Below are positions 6,486 through 13,872 of a DNA stretch of 42,086 nucleotides, in pieces. The first letter of the stretch is position 1. Each line of letters opens with the position of its first letter. Source of the DNA: a virus; IMG/VR virus record IMGVR_UViG_3300010396_000028, positions 1 through 42,086 of that record. The stretch is one strand, 5' to 3'. Both the position numbers and the translations under genes were made by a program. Below the pieces are notes generated by a model, which was given only the letters and a program-made list of their open reading frames with translations, was not told where the DNA came from and did not search any database.

Positions 6486-6607
6486 CTAAAGAGTGTGAAA
6501 GATACACCCGTTAGTGAGTACATCATATCGGGCGTAAAAATGAGAGGGTGAGCTATTTTTAGCTAAACGTTTCCGCTAGCGAGCCGATACATATACAAGG
6601 AGAGAAT

Positions 6608-6823
6608 ATGTTCAGCAATTATAAAACAGTTCGTAAAATGTTAGATAAATCAGGCACCGCATACCGTGTGCATACGACCAGCGAGGGACCGGCATTAAGC
6701 ATATCTGCCGGTAATTTCAATCCCGGCGTGGTGGGCACCTATACGACGCTACAGTTCAACACGAAAGGTGCGCTTTTGTACGTCGGTGTGTGGTCAAGCG
6801 AAAAGCAGGTGAAGGCTGCTTAG
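6608..6823 (+). CDS. Hypothetical protein (71 aa)
   Basis: RBS AAGGAGA before the ATG. Confidence 0.5.
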   Translation: MFSNYKTVRKMLDKSGTAYRVHTTSEGPALSISAGNFNPGVVGTYTTLQFNTKGALLYVGVWSSEKQVKAA

Positions 6824-7023
6824 CGCTTCATTGCTGATTTCCACTTAGCGTATTTTTCACGTATGGCCGGCAGAGCATCGGTTATTAGGTCCGATACGAT
6901 ATCTGTCTGTGTTATGCCGGTCATATCTTTCATCTCATGCAAGGCGTTTATTGCCTCCTGTGTGAGACGTATAGACACCATTTTGGCTTTCTTTGGCTTT
7001 TTAAACCCAGGTTCTAGTGGCAT
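6820..7023 (-). CDS. Ribbon-helix-helix (CopG/Arc/MetJ-like) DNA-binding protein
   Basis: 67 aa. KMVSIRLTQEAINALHEMKDMTGITQTDIVSDLI fits a strand-helix-helix layout. Divergent from the promoter/palindrome at 7074. Confidence 0.6.
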   Translation of the reverse strand: MPLEPGFKKPKKAKMVSIRLTQEAINALHEMKDMTGITQTDIVSDLITDALPAIREKYAKWKSAMKR

Positions 7024-7073
7024 AGGGGCAATTTAAACGAAGTGGGAGATAAGCACAAGTGTTTTATTTAAGC

Positions 7074-7101
7074 TTGACATTGTAAAGCAACCTGCTATAC
7101 T
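7074..7101 (+). promoter_or_regulatory. Sigma70-type promoter (TTGACA-N16-TATACT) inside the 22-nt box AAGCTTGACATTGTAAAGCAAC
   Basis: Hexamers read directly. The same box, with one change, recurs at 7656-7677. Confidence 0.5.
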
Positions 7102-7198
7102 GGATAATAGGAAGAGGGGCAATATGGAACGTGCATACAAGCTACTACGAATCTTCGTCAGGCTTATTGTTCGTGTACGTCGCTAGAAAGGAAACGCT

Positions 7199-7699
7199 AT
7201 GTTTACATTCCTTGGTAACTTGTCCGAAAACTTCTATTTTGTGTCCGGCACCATTAACAAGCCCGATTGCGGCGAAAAGCGAGGCTTTGCCGATCAATGG
7301 CAGGCCGAAATGTATCTTGATGAAAACCGCGAACACGCCGAAGCCGCTGTGCAACATGACGGGCTGTCCCGTGTAATGCAAGTCATCGAGCGCACCACCG
7401 GCAATGTAATGTACGTGGAATTTATCTTAGGCGAGAAGCCGACCGCGCTTCCTTTGTGGATCGGCGACGTGGACGTACTAGTGGACGTTGGTGCAATTGA
7501 CGGTGAGCCCGCCGCAATGTCGGGCGTTGTAGATGATTGCGACAGAGAAGAGCTAGACATAGACCAGCTAGTTAAGCTTGACCAACTATTTCCTGAATAT
7601 ATCACTGCTTATTATATGGCTCTGCAACACGGCAGAGGTGTATTTTTTCGAGAAACAAGCTTGACATTGTCAAGCAACAAGAAGGAGAAGAGAGCATGA
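7199..7699 (+). CDS. Hypothetical protein (166 aa), acidic C-terminal half
   Basis: ORF downstream of the 7074 promoter. ATGA overlap with the next ORF. Confidence 0.55.
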   Translation: MFTFLGNLSENFYFVSGTINKPDCGEKRGFADQWQAEMYLDENREHAEAAVQHDGLSRVMQVIERTTGNVMYVEFILGEKPTALPLWIGDVDVLVDVGAIDGEPAAMSGVVDDCDREELDIDQLVKLDQLFPEYITAYYMALQHGRGVFFRETSLTLSSNKKEKRA

Positions 7700-7944
7700 A
7701 AGAAGTATACATCGGATTGTGGAAGACAAAAGGTGGCAACGCCCTTAGCAGCATTAAGGGATTGTCTCAAAATGAAGTGGACAGCTTGAAGAAGCTCAAA
7801 GCTGGTGACCGTCTTATCATCTACGTTAACGAGGAAGACGACAAGCTAAGCGCTTCGAGCCCCGACTATTCACTGAAAAAGTTTACGGTGCGTAATCCTG
7901 ATACAGCGAAATCAAACGAAGGTGGAAGCACAGACGGTATCTAA
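7696..7944 (+). CDS. Hypothetical protein (82 aa)
   Basis: RBS GAAGGAGAAG before the ATG. Translationally coupled to the upstream ORF. Confidence 0.55.
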   Translation: MKEVYIGLWKTKGGNALSSIKGLSQNEVDSLKKLKAGDRLIIYVNEEDDKLSASSPDYSLKKFTVRNPDTAKSNEGGSTDGI

Positions 7945-7963
7945 ATATCCCTGGGAGGGGTTT

Positions 7964-8140
7964 ATGGACAATATCGAGCAGCTTATTGAAATTCATGCGT
8001 GTATACGCAATTTGGAAAAGCGACAAGCCAGTGAAACGGACCCACGGGTGCGAGCAGATATAGCACAAACACTGGACATGCTTGAATCGTCTCTTGACCT
8101 CATTGTGAGCAAACTCGGTAACGAAAAACAACCGGCTTAG
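7964..8140 (+). CDS. Hypothetical protein (58 aa)
   Basis: ATG 7964 is preceded by GGGAGGGG; the track ORF begins at 7922. Confidence 0.5.
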   Translation: MDNIEQLIEIHACIRNLEKRQASETDPRVRADIAQTLDMLESSLDLIVSKLGNEKQPA

Positions 8141-8151
8141 TGGGAGGGTAT

Positions 8152-8361
8152 ATGCAAATTTATGCATTCGAACTACAGGGCGTTCGTGTGTCCATGGTAC
8201 AAGCCAATGAAATGTTCCGCGTTGTACTGGAGCAGCCGTTAGTGAAAGGTCAAATTGTGTGCCTCACTGAATGTCGAGAGCACGCCCGCGATAGCTTCGG
8301 TGTTTGTGTGGAGGCTGTTAAACGTGAAAAAGAAATTCACGAGCACGTATACGCCTCTTAA
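8152..8361 (+). CDS. Hypothetical protein (69 aa)
   Basis: ATG 8152 is preceded by GGGAGGG; the track ORF begins at 8140. Confidence 0.5.
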   Translation: MQIYAFELQGVRVSMVQANEMFRVVLEQPLVKGQIVCLTECREHARDSFGVCVEAVKREKEIHEHVYAS

Positions 8362-8487
8362 CGTGACGGAGCTAAATGCAATTGAGAGCAGCAATAGAAT
8401 ATTTGCTCTCATTTTGCGCAAACACAAAGGGTGGGCCTATCCACTAGAAACGCTGCTGCCGGTTGCTAAAATACCGGCGTTGGTGAG

Positions 8488-8679
8488 GTGCTCGTGACCC
8501 GGCAAGAAATGGCTTTTCAGATATTTCTCAAGCGATTGCCTAGCGAGCCCCTTAACGACAAAAACCGCGCTGGTTTTGTGGCCAAGGTTGCAGAAGCCAT
8601 TGAACTGGCAAAGATGATAGATGAGGCGCTTGTTGTGGAGGCGGCCTTGGTAATAACTGAATTCTTGGGTGGCGAATGA
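8488..8679 (+). CDS. Hypothetical protein (63 aa, GTG start)
   Basis: ORF ending in an ATGA overlap with the glycosyltransferase gene. The start is uncertain. Confidence 0.4.
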   Translation: MLVTRQEMAFQIFLKRLPSEPLNDKNRAGFVAKVAEAIELAKMIDEALVVEAALVITEFLGGE

Positions 8680-9638
8680 AAATACTCTTTTTCGATCCAG
8701 TAGCTCAAAAGCCGTACACCGCAAAAAGCCTCACCACGCAGCCTATGGGGGCAAGTGAGGCAAGCCTAATCCGTGTGGCTCGGGAGCTGGCTAAAGAACA
8801 CTCTGTGGCTGTGTTTCAGCTTGTGGATGCTCACCGTAAGCATCTCGTCATTGAAGGTGTACAGCATATAAACGAGAACACGCCTTTCTCTCCTGATGTG
8901 GTGGTGCACATGCGATCGGCGGAATACTTAGAGATGTACCCCGAGGCAAAGAACATTGTGTGGCTTCAAGATGCAGCGGGTGATTGGCTTAAGAAGGGCT
9001 TGTGGCACTTGGCGGACAATGTCGTGTGTCTCACGAATTGGCATATACAAAACATTCAAACCGCGCTGAATGACACTAAATATCCACCTATACGTCGCAT
9101 TTATAACCCAGTAGATCTTGACGGAGTCTTTGCCGACTTAAAAGTGCCAGACAGGTTGGGCTTCTTTTCCTCACCGCACAAGGGCCTCCAACAAGTTGTA
9201 GAGCTTTTCAATGAATTGAAAAAAAGTCGCTCTGAGCTTGAATTGGTTGTCGGCAACCCTGGATATATGCCCGACGTTATTCCGGAAGGTGTGCGCTTCC
9301 TCGGTAGTCTTCCACACCCGCTCGCTATGAAAGAATTGAGCCGGTGCCAAGCGCTTTTCTATCCGCAAACTGTGTTCCCTGAAACCATGGGAGTGATTAT
9401 GGCGGAAGCCAACGCTCTCGGGGTGCCGGTGTTGGCACATGATATGGGCGCGGCAGTAGAAGTGCTTATTACTGAAACCAATAAACACCACAATTTCGTT
9501 ATTGATTGCACCAACCACAAGCACATCAAAAACGCAGTAGAGTATATGTTGGAGCCCTGTCCAACCGCACCAACACTCGATGCTCGGTTTGAGCTGAGCG
9601 CTGTACTTGAACAATGGCGACAGCTTTTGGAGGGATGA
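8676..9638 (+). CDS. GT-B fold glycosyltransferase (GT4-like)
   Basis: 320 aa. The C-terminal half carries FPETMGVIMAEANALGVPVLAHDMGA, the E-x7-E-type sugar-nucleotide binding signature of GT1/GT4 enzymes. Confidence 0.8.
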   Translation: MKILFFDPVAQKPYTAKSLTTQPMGASEASLIRVARELAKEHSVAVFQLVDAHRKHLVIEGVQHINENTPFSPDVVVHMRSAEYLEMYPEAKNIVWLQDAAGDWLKKGLWHLADNVVCLTNWHIQNIQTALNDTKYPPIRRIYNPVDLDGVFADLKVPDRLGFFSSPHKGLQQVVELFNELKKSRSELELVVGNPGYMPDVIPEGVRFLGSLPHPLAMKELSRCQALFYPQTVFPETMGVIMAEANALGVPVLAHDMGAAVEVLITETNKHHNFVIDCTNHKHIKNAVEYMLEPCPTAPTLDARFELSAVLEQWRQLLEG

Positions 9639-9868
9639 TGCGTAAGCGTTTTTATTACAAGACACACTCTGGACATACTTTACTAATAATTGCCAATAAA
9701 CGCCCCAGTAAAAAGAACGCTCCGCCAAGTGGGACATGGCTTGCTCATGAGACAGACACGATTTGGCATAACAGCTTTGAAATTACATGGAGCGGACTAT
9801 CACAACTTAAGTACATAGGAAGTGTACCAATTGAAGCTACCCAAAACACTGAAAGTAAAAAACCGTAA
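9614..9868 (+). CDS. Hypothetical protein (start 9614, 9635 or 9638)
   Basis: ORF overlapping the glycosyltransferase stop. GGAGGG lies immediately before the ATGATG at 9635. Confidence 0.4.
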   Translation: MATAFGGMMRKRFYYKTHSGHTLLIIANKRPSKKNAPPSGTWLAHETDTIWHNSFEITWSGLSQLKYIGSVPIEATQNTESKKP

Positions 9869-10127
9869 ATACGCCGTTCTTGTGGTGCCTTATATCGCGT
9901 CAAAACCTGGCGAAGTGACTCGCGGCTATTGCGTTCAAGAAGATCGATTTATTGCCATACGAGAAAAGCTCGGTGCCCGAGAGGCATTCGCCACTCTCCT
10001 CCACGAAACCCTTCACGCCATCGAACATGAATACAGTTTACCAATTAAGCATGACCTTGTTTATGCGCTAGAGGAAGCACTGTCACAGGTGTTGCTCGAC
10101 AATTTTCGCATTGAGCCCAAGAAATGA
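9822..10127 (+). CDS. Small putative zinc metallopeptidase (HExxH)
   Basis: 101 aa with LLHETLHAIEHE (HExxH plus downstream His/Glu). GTG or TTG start. Confidence 0.45.
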   Translation: MYQLKLPKTLKVKNRKYAVLVVPYIASKPGEVTRGYCVQEDRFIAIREKLGAREAFATLLHETLHAIEHEYSLPIKHDLVYALEEALSQVLLDNFRIEPKK

Positions 10128-10414
10128 ATGGGCTGTTTCTTCTCTACGGCTTGACCTATGTGCCGGTCACCGCCGGAAACTACACAGCAGCAGTGGATGA
10201 GGCCCGCACAGCGGCTTTTATGCAAAGCGGGCTAAAGACGCAATGGGAAGCGGCGGATAAATGCGCCGAGAAACATGTTCCCGTCATTGTGTTTTTGGCC
10301 GCTGGCGCCGCCTCAGCGATTCAACACAAACAGCTTGAAGTGCGGCTGCAAAACTACGGCACGTGGTCGGTGAATAACAGTGGCCTAAAAACAACCTTCT
10401 CCTGGGGCTTTTGA
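10124..10414 (+). CDS. Hypothetical protein (96 aa) with hydrophobic segments
   Basis: ATGA overlap with the upstream ORF. Last gene before the integrase intergenic region. Confidence 0.45.
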   Translation: MNGLFLLYGLTYVPVTAGNYTAAVDEARTAAFMQSGLKTQWEAADKCAEKHVPVIVFLAAGAASAIQHKQLEVRLQNYGTWSVNNSGLKTTFSWGF

Positions 10415-10611
10415 AACTATTCATTGGCTTTTCAATTATAAATCGGCTACTTCTGAGTACTGGCCAGCACTATTATCCCGCCCTCAGCCACCATTTTTGA
10501 CAGAAATGTCAATATAATCAGTGGGTTAGATTTGGAAGTGTTGACCTGCTAGGTCAGCAGTGTCACGACGACATTCATTATATTTCGCCTAGCAACCGAT
10601 AGGAGCTAGGC

Positions 10612-11712
10612 ATGAGCTATTCAATCAATAAACGTAAACGTACTACTGGGGAGATATACTGGCGGGTTTGCTGGTGCACGCAAGAAAATGGAAAAAGACA
10701 CTGGCAACACATTCCAGCAGCACAGCTAATTCAACACGGGTTTTTGCCTAGCATGACGATAGAGGAGGCCAAAGCCCGCGCCTCGCAGCTTAATTCGCAA
10801 GCGCATTTAGAGCGGGCAAAGGTAAGCGCCCTTCGACGGTTACATACTGTGAACACAGTAAAGAGCGCCTATCTGCCCGAGCCGTTGCTACAAGAATTCC
10901 TGAAATATTTGCAACAAGAGATAGCGATAGGCCCTAACAGCGCCGCGAAGTGGAAGAAGGCTCAGAGTCACTGGCTCTATGCTCAGCGCTTGGTGGCGCG
11001 GCTCGAATTAGAGCCTCGCGATTGGTATGACAGCAAGCGGCGCATTTACGGCTACTTTGCGGAACAGGAAACAAGCCGGGAGTATGTCACTAAAATATTG
11101 AGGGTGCTTAATTTGTGGGGAGCGTTTCAAGCCCGCAAGACGGGACAGAGTTTTATCCAGGTGCCCGCGCCCACAGGGTATGACAGGGAAATGATAAATG
11201 ACGCCTTTGAAGACAGTACTAAAAAGAAAAAGACCAGTGCGCCGCTAACTCCCGAGATGTTGGAAACTGCTCGGTCGAAGTTCAGTGAAGCCCAATACCG
11301 ATGGCTGTATCTGTCAGTGTGGCTTGGGTTACGACCAAAAGAAGTCGATCGTATAGCAACGGCTAAGGTGAAGCACGAGCAGGGGGTAGACGTGTTGTGG
11401 GTGTACCAAACGAAGATAGGGGGAGTGACACGAGACAAACGCGTGAAGCCCATTCCTCTTGTCTACCCGGAGCAGCGTCTGTGTTTAGGCTTCATTGCGC
11501 AAGGCATACATAAGCCCATCGTCAGCACTATGCAGAAATATCTTGGGCCGGGTGTGAATTTGTACGGCGGAAGAAAGGGTTTCGTGGATTTGATGCTGTC
11601 TAAAGGGCAAACGCTTGAAGACATTAGCGTGTGGCTGGGCCATGCTAGCATCGAGCGTACCTGGAAAAGCTACAAACAAAAGCAGAAGGTAAGCTTTAGG
11701 AAAGTGGGCTAA
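10612..11712 (+). CDS. int: Tyrosine site-specific integrase
   Basis: 366 aa; AGGAG RBS. The C-terminal domain shows the LGLRPKEV, GGRKGF..L and WLGHASIERTWKSY pattern of tyrosine recombinases. Confidence 0.8.
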   Translation: MSYSINKRKRTTGEIYWRVCWCTQENGKRHWQHIPAAQLIQHGFLPSMTIEEAKARASQLNSQAHLERAKVSALRRLHTVNTVKSAYLPEPLLQEFLKYLQQEIAIGPNSAAKWKKAQSHWLYAQRLVARLELEPRDWYDSKRRIYGYFAEQETSREYVTKILRVLNLWGAFQARKTGQSFIQVPAPTGYDREMINDAFEDSTKKKKTSAPLTPEMLETARSKFSEAQYRWLYLSVWLGLRPKEVDRIATAKVKHEQGVDVLWVYQTKIGGVTRDKRVKPIPLVYPEQRLCLGFIAQGIHKPIVSTMQKYLGPGVNLYGGRKGFVDLMLSKGQTLEDISVWLGHASIERTWKSYKQKQKVSFRKVG

Positions 11713-11740
11713 CTGCCGATAGCGGGCAAAGGAGACATTT

Positions 11741-12019
11741 ATGAAATATATTGTGGCTTTTGTTTTGTTGTCGTTTGTGTCAAGCCCTGCGCGGGCTATT
11801 AGAAAGTCAGATCTATGCGGTATGGGAGTGCCCGAGCCGGGCCAAGACTGCGAGCAAGAGAAAATCGACAAGGAAGCAGAAGCGCTAAGCAAAGCAATGA
11901 AGAAGCAGCGGATGTTAGACCGCTCCGACACTACCTCAGACCAGCTCACCATGTGCCCAGATGGAACCTATGTGAAAGGCGACCATTGCACTTTAGCCCC
12001 AGACGGCACTTACCGCTAA
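11741..12019 (+). CDS. Secreted small Cys-containing protein (moron candidate)
   Basis: Signal peptide MKYIVAFVLLSFVSSPARA. Repeated C..PDGTY motif. AAGGAG RBS. Immediately downstream of int. Confidence 0.6.
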   Translation: MKYIVAFVLLSFVSSPARAIRKSDLCGMGVPEPGQDCEQEKIDKEAEALSKAMKKQRMLDRSDTTSDQLTMCPDGTYVKGDHCTLAPDGTYR

Positions 12020-12417
12020 CGAACAGTGAGCGTGAATGGCTTCCCGGCCTGCATGGTCATGAAGTCGTCAAAGGCCGCAGCAGAAGAGACAATGCATTTA
12101 TCGATCATGTCAACCGATTTGCCGAGCAATACACAGCCATCGCTGTCTTGGTTGTAATTGCCTTTGTGAAACAGTATTCCGCTATGGCCAGGCACCCCCG
12201 TTATTTCATAGAGCTGTTGAGGGCCGCCGTGGTCAAGCTGGTGAGTGCCGAGTATGCAGGTATAGGTGCCTGGTGGTATTTTTGGAGCATACGTACCATC
12301 GGGCTGTAGAAATGCGTGTTCCAAAGTCACCGCATGCTGTTTCATACTGTCATCTATAAGCGACGAAATAATTCCCCACTCATTGTGGCTTTCGCGTGTG
12401 AGAGTGAGACGATTCAT
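12016..12417 (-). CDS. DUF5675-like protein with a YkuD (L,D-transpeptidase)-like His...Gly-Cys motif
   Basis: PPGTYTC...VPGHSGILFHKGNYNQDSDGCVLLG matches the recalled DUF5675 signature (GxYxC...VPGRxGIxxHxGN...GCIxxG). Confidence 0.55.
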   Translation of the reverse strand: MNRLTLTRESHNEWGIISSLIDDSMKQHAVTLEHAFLQPDGTYAPKIPPGTYTCILGTHQLDHGGPQQLYEITGVPGHSGILFHKGNYNQDSDGCVLLGKSVDMIDKCIVSSAAAFDDFMTMQAGKPFTLTVR

Positions 12418-12887
12418 TTTTTCTGTTCCTTCACAACAATGGCTGGTTTCGGCTCGGGTGTTTGCCCAGCCAGTACAATTTGAATCGACCCTTTGCCCTC
12501 TTCGTCTTTGTTGGCGGTTTCTAGCCCGAGAGAACGAAGGACGGTTATGGCAGCATTGAGATTGTACTTGTCGAGCTGCTTTTCTATGGCTGTTACAGCC
12601 TTTTTTGCTAGCCGAGCTAGGTCAGCTCGGGTTTTGGCTTTGGCATTATCAATAGCGTCGTCACCAATTTCAGCAACAATGCGTTTATACAGCTCATCCC
12701 GCATTATCTTGCCAGCATAATAATTAGATATATTTAATGACTTGGCTATGGCGTACTTGGTGGCCCCGGAAGCACCTAAGGCCGCAGCGCGCTTTATCGT
12801 GGCCTCGGACATTACTTCGTCTGGCCCTTCGGGTTGTACTTCGTCAATTTCTTCAATGTTTTCAATGTCAGTGTTTTCTGTGCCCAT
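12414..12887 (-). CDS. HTH DNA-binding protein, possible terminase small subunit
   Basis: 157 aa. Acidic N-terminus, HTH-like ATKYAIAKSLNISNYYAGKIM, then a helical oligomerisation-like region. Directly downstream of late-motif copy 3. The start may be the internal Met. Confidence 0.45.
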   Translation of the reverse strand: MGTENTDIENIEEIDEVQPEGPDEVMSEATIKRAAALGASGATKYAIAKSLNISNYYAGKIMRDELYKRIVAEIGDDAIDNAKAKTRADLARLAKKAVTAIEKQLDKYNLNAAITVLRSLGLETANKDEEGKGSIQIVLAGQTPEPKPAIVVKEQKK

Positions 12888-12892
12888 ATACT

Positions 12893-12909
12893 AAGGGGGA
12901 AAAGTTCTA
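12893..12909 (-). promoter_or_regulatory. Late-gene motif copy 3
   Basis: Exact 17-mer. The minus strand reads TAGAACTTTTCCCCCTTAGTATATG, ending in the annotated ATG of ORF 12414..12887. Confidence 0.5.
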
Positions 12910-12915
12910 TTGTGC

Positions 12916-12944
12916 TTTACATCTGCTGTACGTTGTATTACTAT
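12916..12944 (+). promoter_or_regulatory. Sigma70-type promoter (TTTACA-N17-TACTAT) for the 12962 operon
   Basis: Hexamers read directly. Divergent from late-motif copy 3. Confidence 0.5.
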
Positions 12945-12961
12945 CAGTAGTAGAGGTGCAT

Positions 12962-13273
12962 ATGAAAAACAAAATGATTGGCAAGAAAGTCATTGTACGG
13001 GCAAATGTGGCCGGTGTTCATGCTGGAATTATCGAAAGTATCGATACCGCTACGCAAACCGTTACGCTCGCAAAGGCATATAGACTGTGGGGCTTTTACA
13101 CCCGCGACAATTCCGGATCTATAAGTGATTTAGCAGCTAATGGTTTGAAGCCTAATGGCGGCCATTCTATCGGTGCCGAATTAAAGTCTGTAATCATCGT
13201 CAATCCGGCAGGCCTGGAACTGGCTGAGATGACCGATGCTGCATATAAATCAGTTCAAGACTGGAAAAACTAA
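12962..13273 (+). CDS. Hypothetical protein (103 aa)
   Basis: ATG 12962 is preceded by GAGGTG; the track ORF starts upstream at 12737 inside the divergent gene. Confidence 0.6.
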   Translation: MKNKMIGKKVIVRANVAGVHAGIIESIDTATQTVTLAKAYRLWGFYTRDNSGSISDLAANGLKPNGGHSIGAELKSVIIVNPAGLELAEMTDAAYKSVQDWKN

Positions 13274-13276
13274 AAC

Positions 13277-13717
13277 ATGAAGGCGCGAAAGTTTTATCGC
13301 GACGGTCTGGAAGAGCACATAGTTGGCCCTGTACGGGTACACTACACGGCTGAAGGTCATGTAGTTGAGAGTTACCGAACAGACAAAGGAAAACGCCGAT
13401 ATTTTGCTACGCTTGCGGGCACACATTGGTGCGCTCACGGCGATTCAATAGCATCGGCTATTTCTGATGCTATTTGGAAAGATCCCAGCAGGCGACCATC
13501 AGCAGAAGCCTTGAAATCGGAAATCATAAAAGCGGGTAAAAAGCGTAAAATTACCCTTAATGAGTTTCGTGTTCTAACTGGTGCGTGTTTGGCTGGGTGT
13601 TGCACAGCTCTAAAACAAGCTGGAAGAGATGATTCTCCTATCACGGCTCACGAAATTAGAGACCTTGTATCAAAAGAATGGGGTGACAAGCTCCTATCTA
13701 TCTTGGGGTGGTTATGA
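13277..13717 (+). CDS. Hypothetical protein (146 aa)
   Basis: ORF ending in an ATGA overlap with the first Gly-X repeat gene. Confidence 0.6.
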   Translation: MKARKFYRDGLEEHIVGPVRVHYTAEGHVVESYRTDKGKRRYFATLAGTHWCAHGDSIASAISDAIWKDPSRRPSAEALKSEIIKAGKKRKITLNEFRVLTGACLAGCCTALKQAGRDDSPITAHEIRDLVSKEWGDKLLSILGWL

Positions 13718-13872
13718 TTGACGGCAGCGGCAACGGCGGCGGCAACGGCAACGGCAACGGCTACGGCTACGGCAGCGGCGACGGCTACGGCAGCGGCAAC
13801 GGCAGCGGCAACGGCAACGGCAACGGCAGCGGCAACGGCAACGGCAACGGCTGGGAAGAGGTAAAGTCATGA
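13714..13872 (+). CDS. (Gly-X)n dipeptide-repeat protein 1 (52 aa)
   Basis: Hand translation: MIDGSGNGGGNGNGNGYGYGSGDGYGSGNGSGNGNGNGSGNGNGNGWEEVKS. ATGA overlaps at both ends. Below the track cutoff. Confidence 0.55.
   Translation: MIDGSGNGGGNGNGNGYGYGSGDGYGSGNGSGNGNGNGSGNGNGNGWEEVKS

Noticed and set aside
6820-7023. RHH protein as the antitoxin of a toxin-antitoxin pair.
   Set aside because: No co-directional partner ORF follows it on the minus strand. The adjacent ORF is convergent.
7124-7186. 20-codon ORF (MERAYKLLRIFVRLIVRVRR) as a type I toxin-like peptide.
   Set aside because: It is too short, and I see no antisense RNA evidence. It is mentioned only as a possible leader peptide within the regulator finding.
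9171-9737. 188-aa and 105-aa minus-strand ORFs.
   Set aside because: They are antisense to the GT-B glycosyltransferase, which has clear family motifs. They have no RBS and no operon context.
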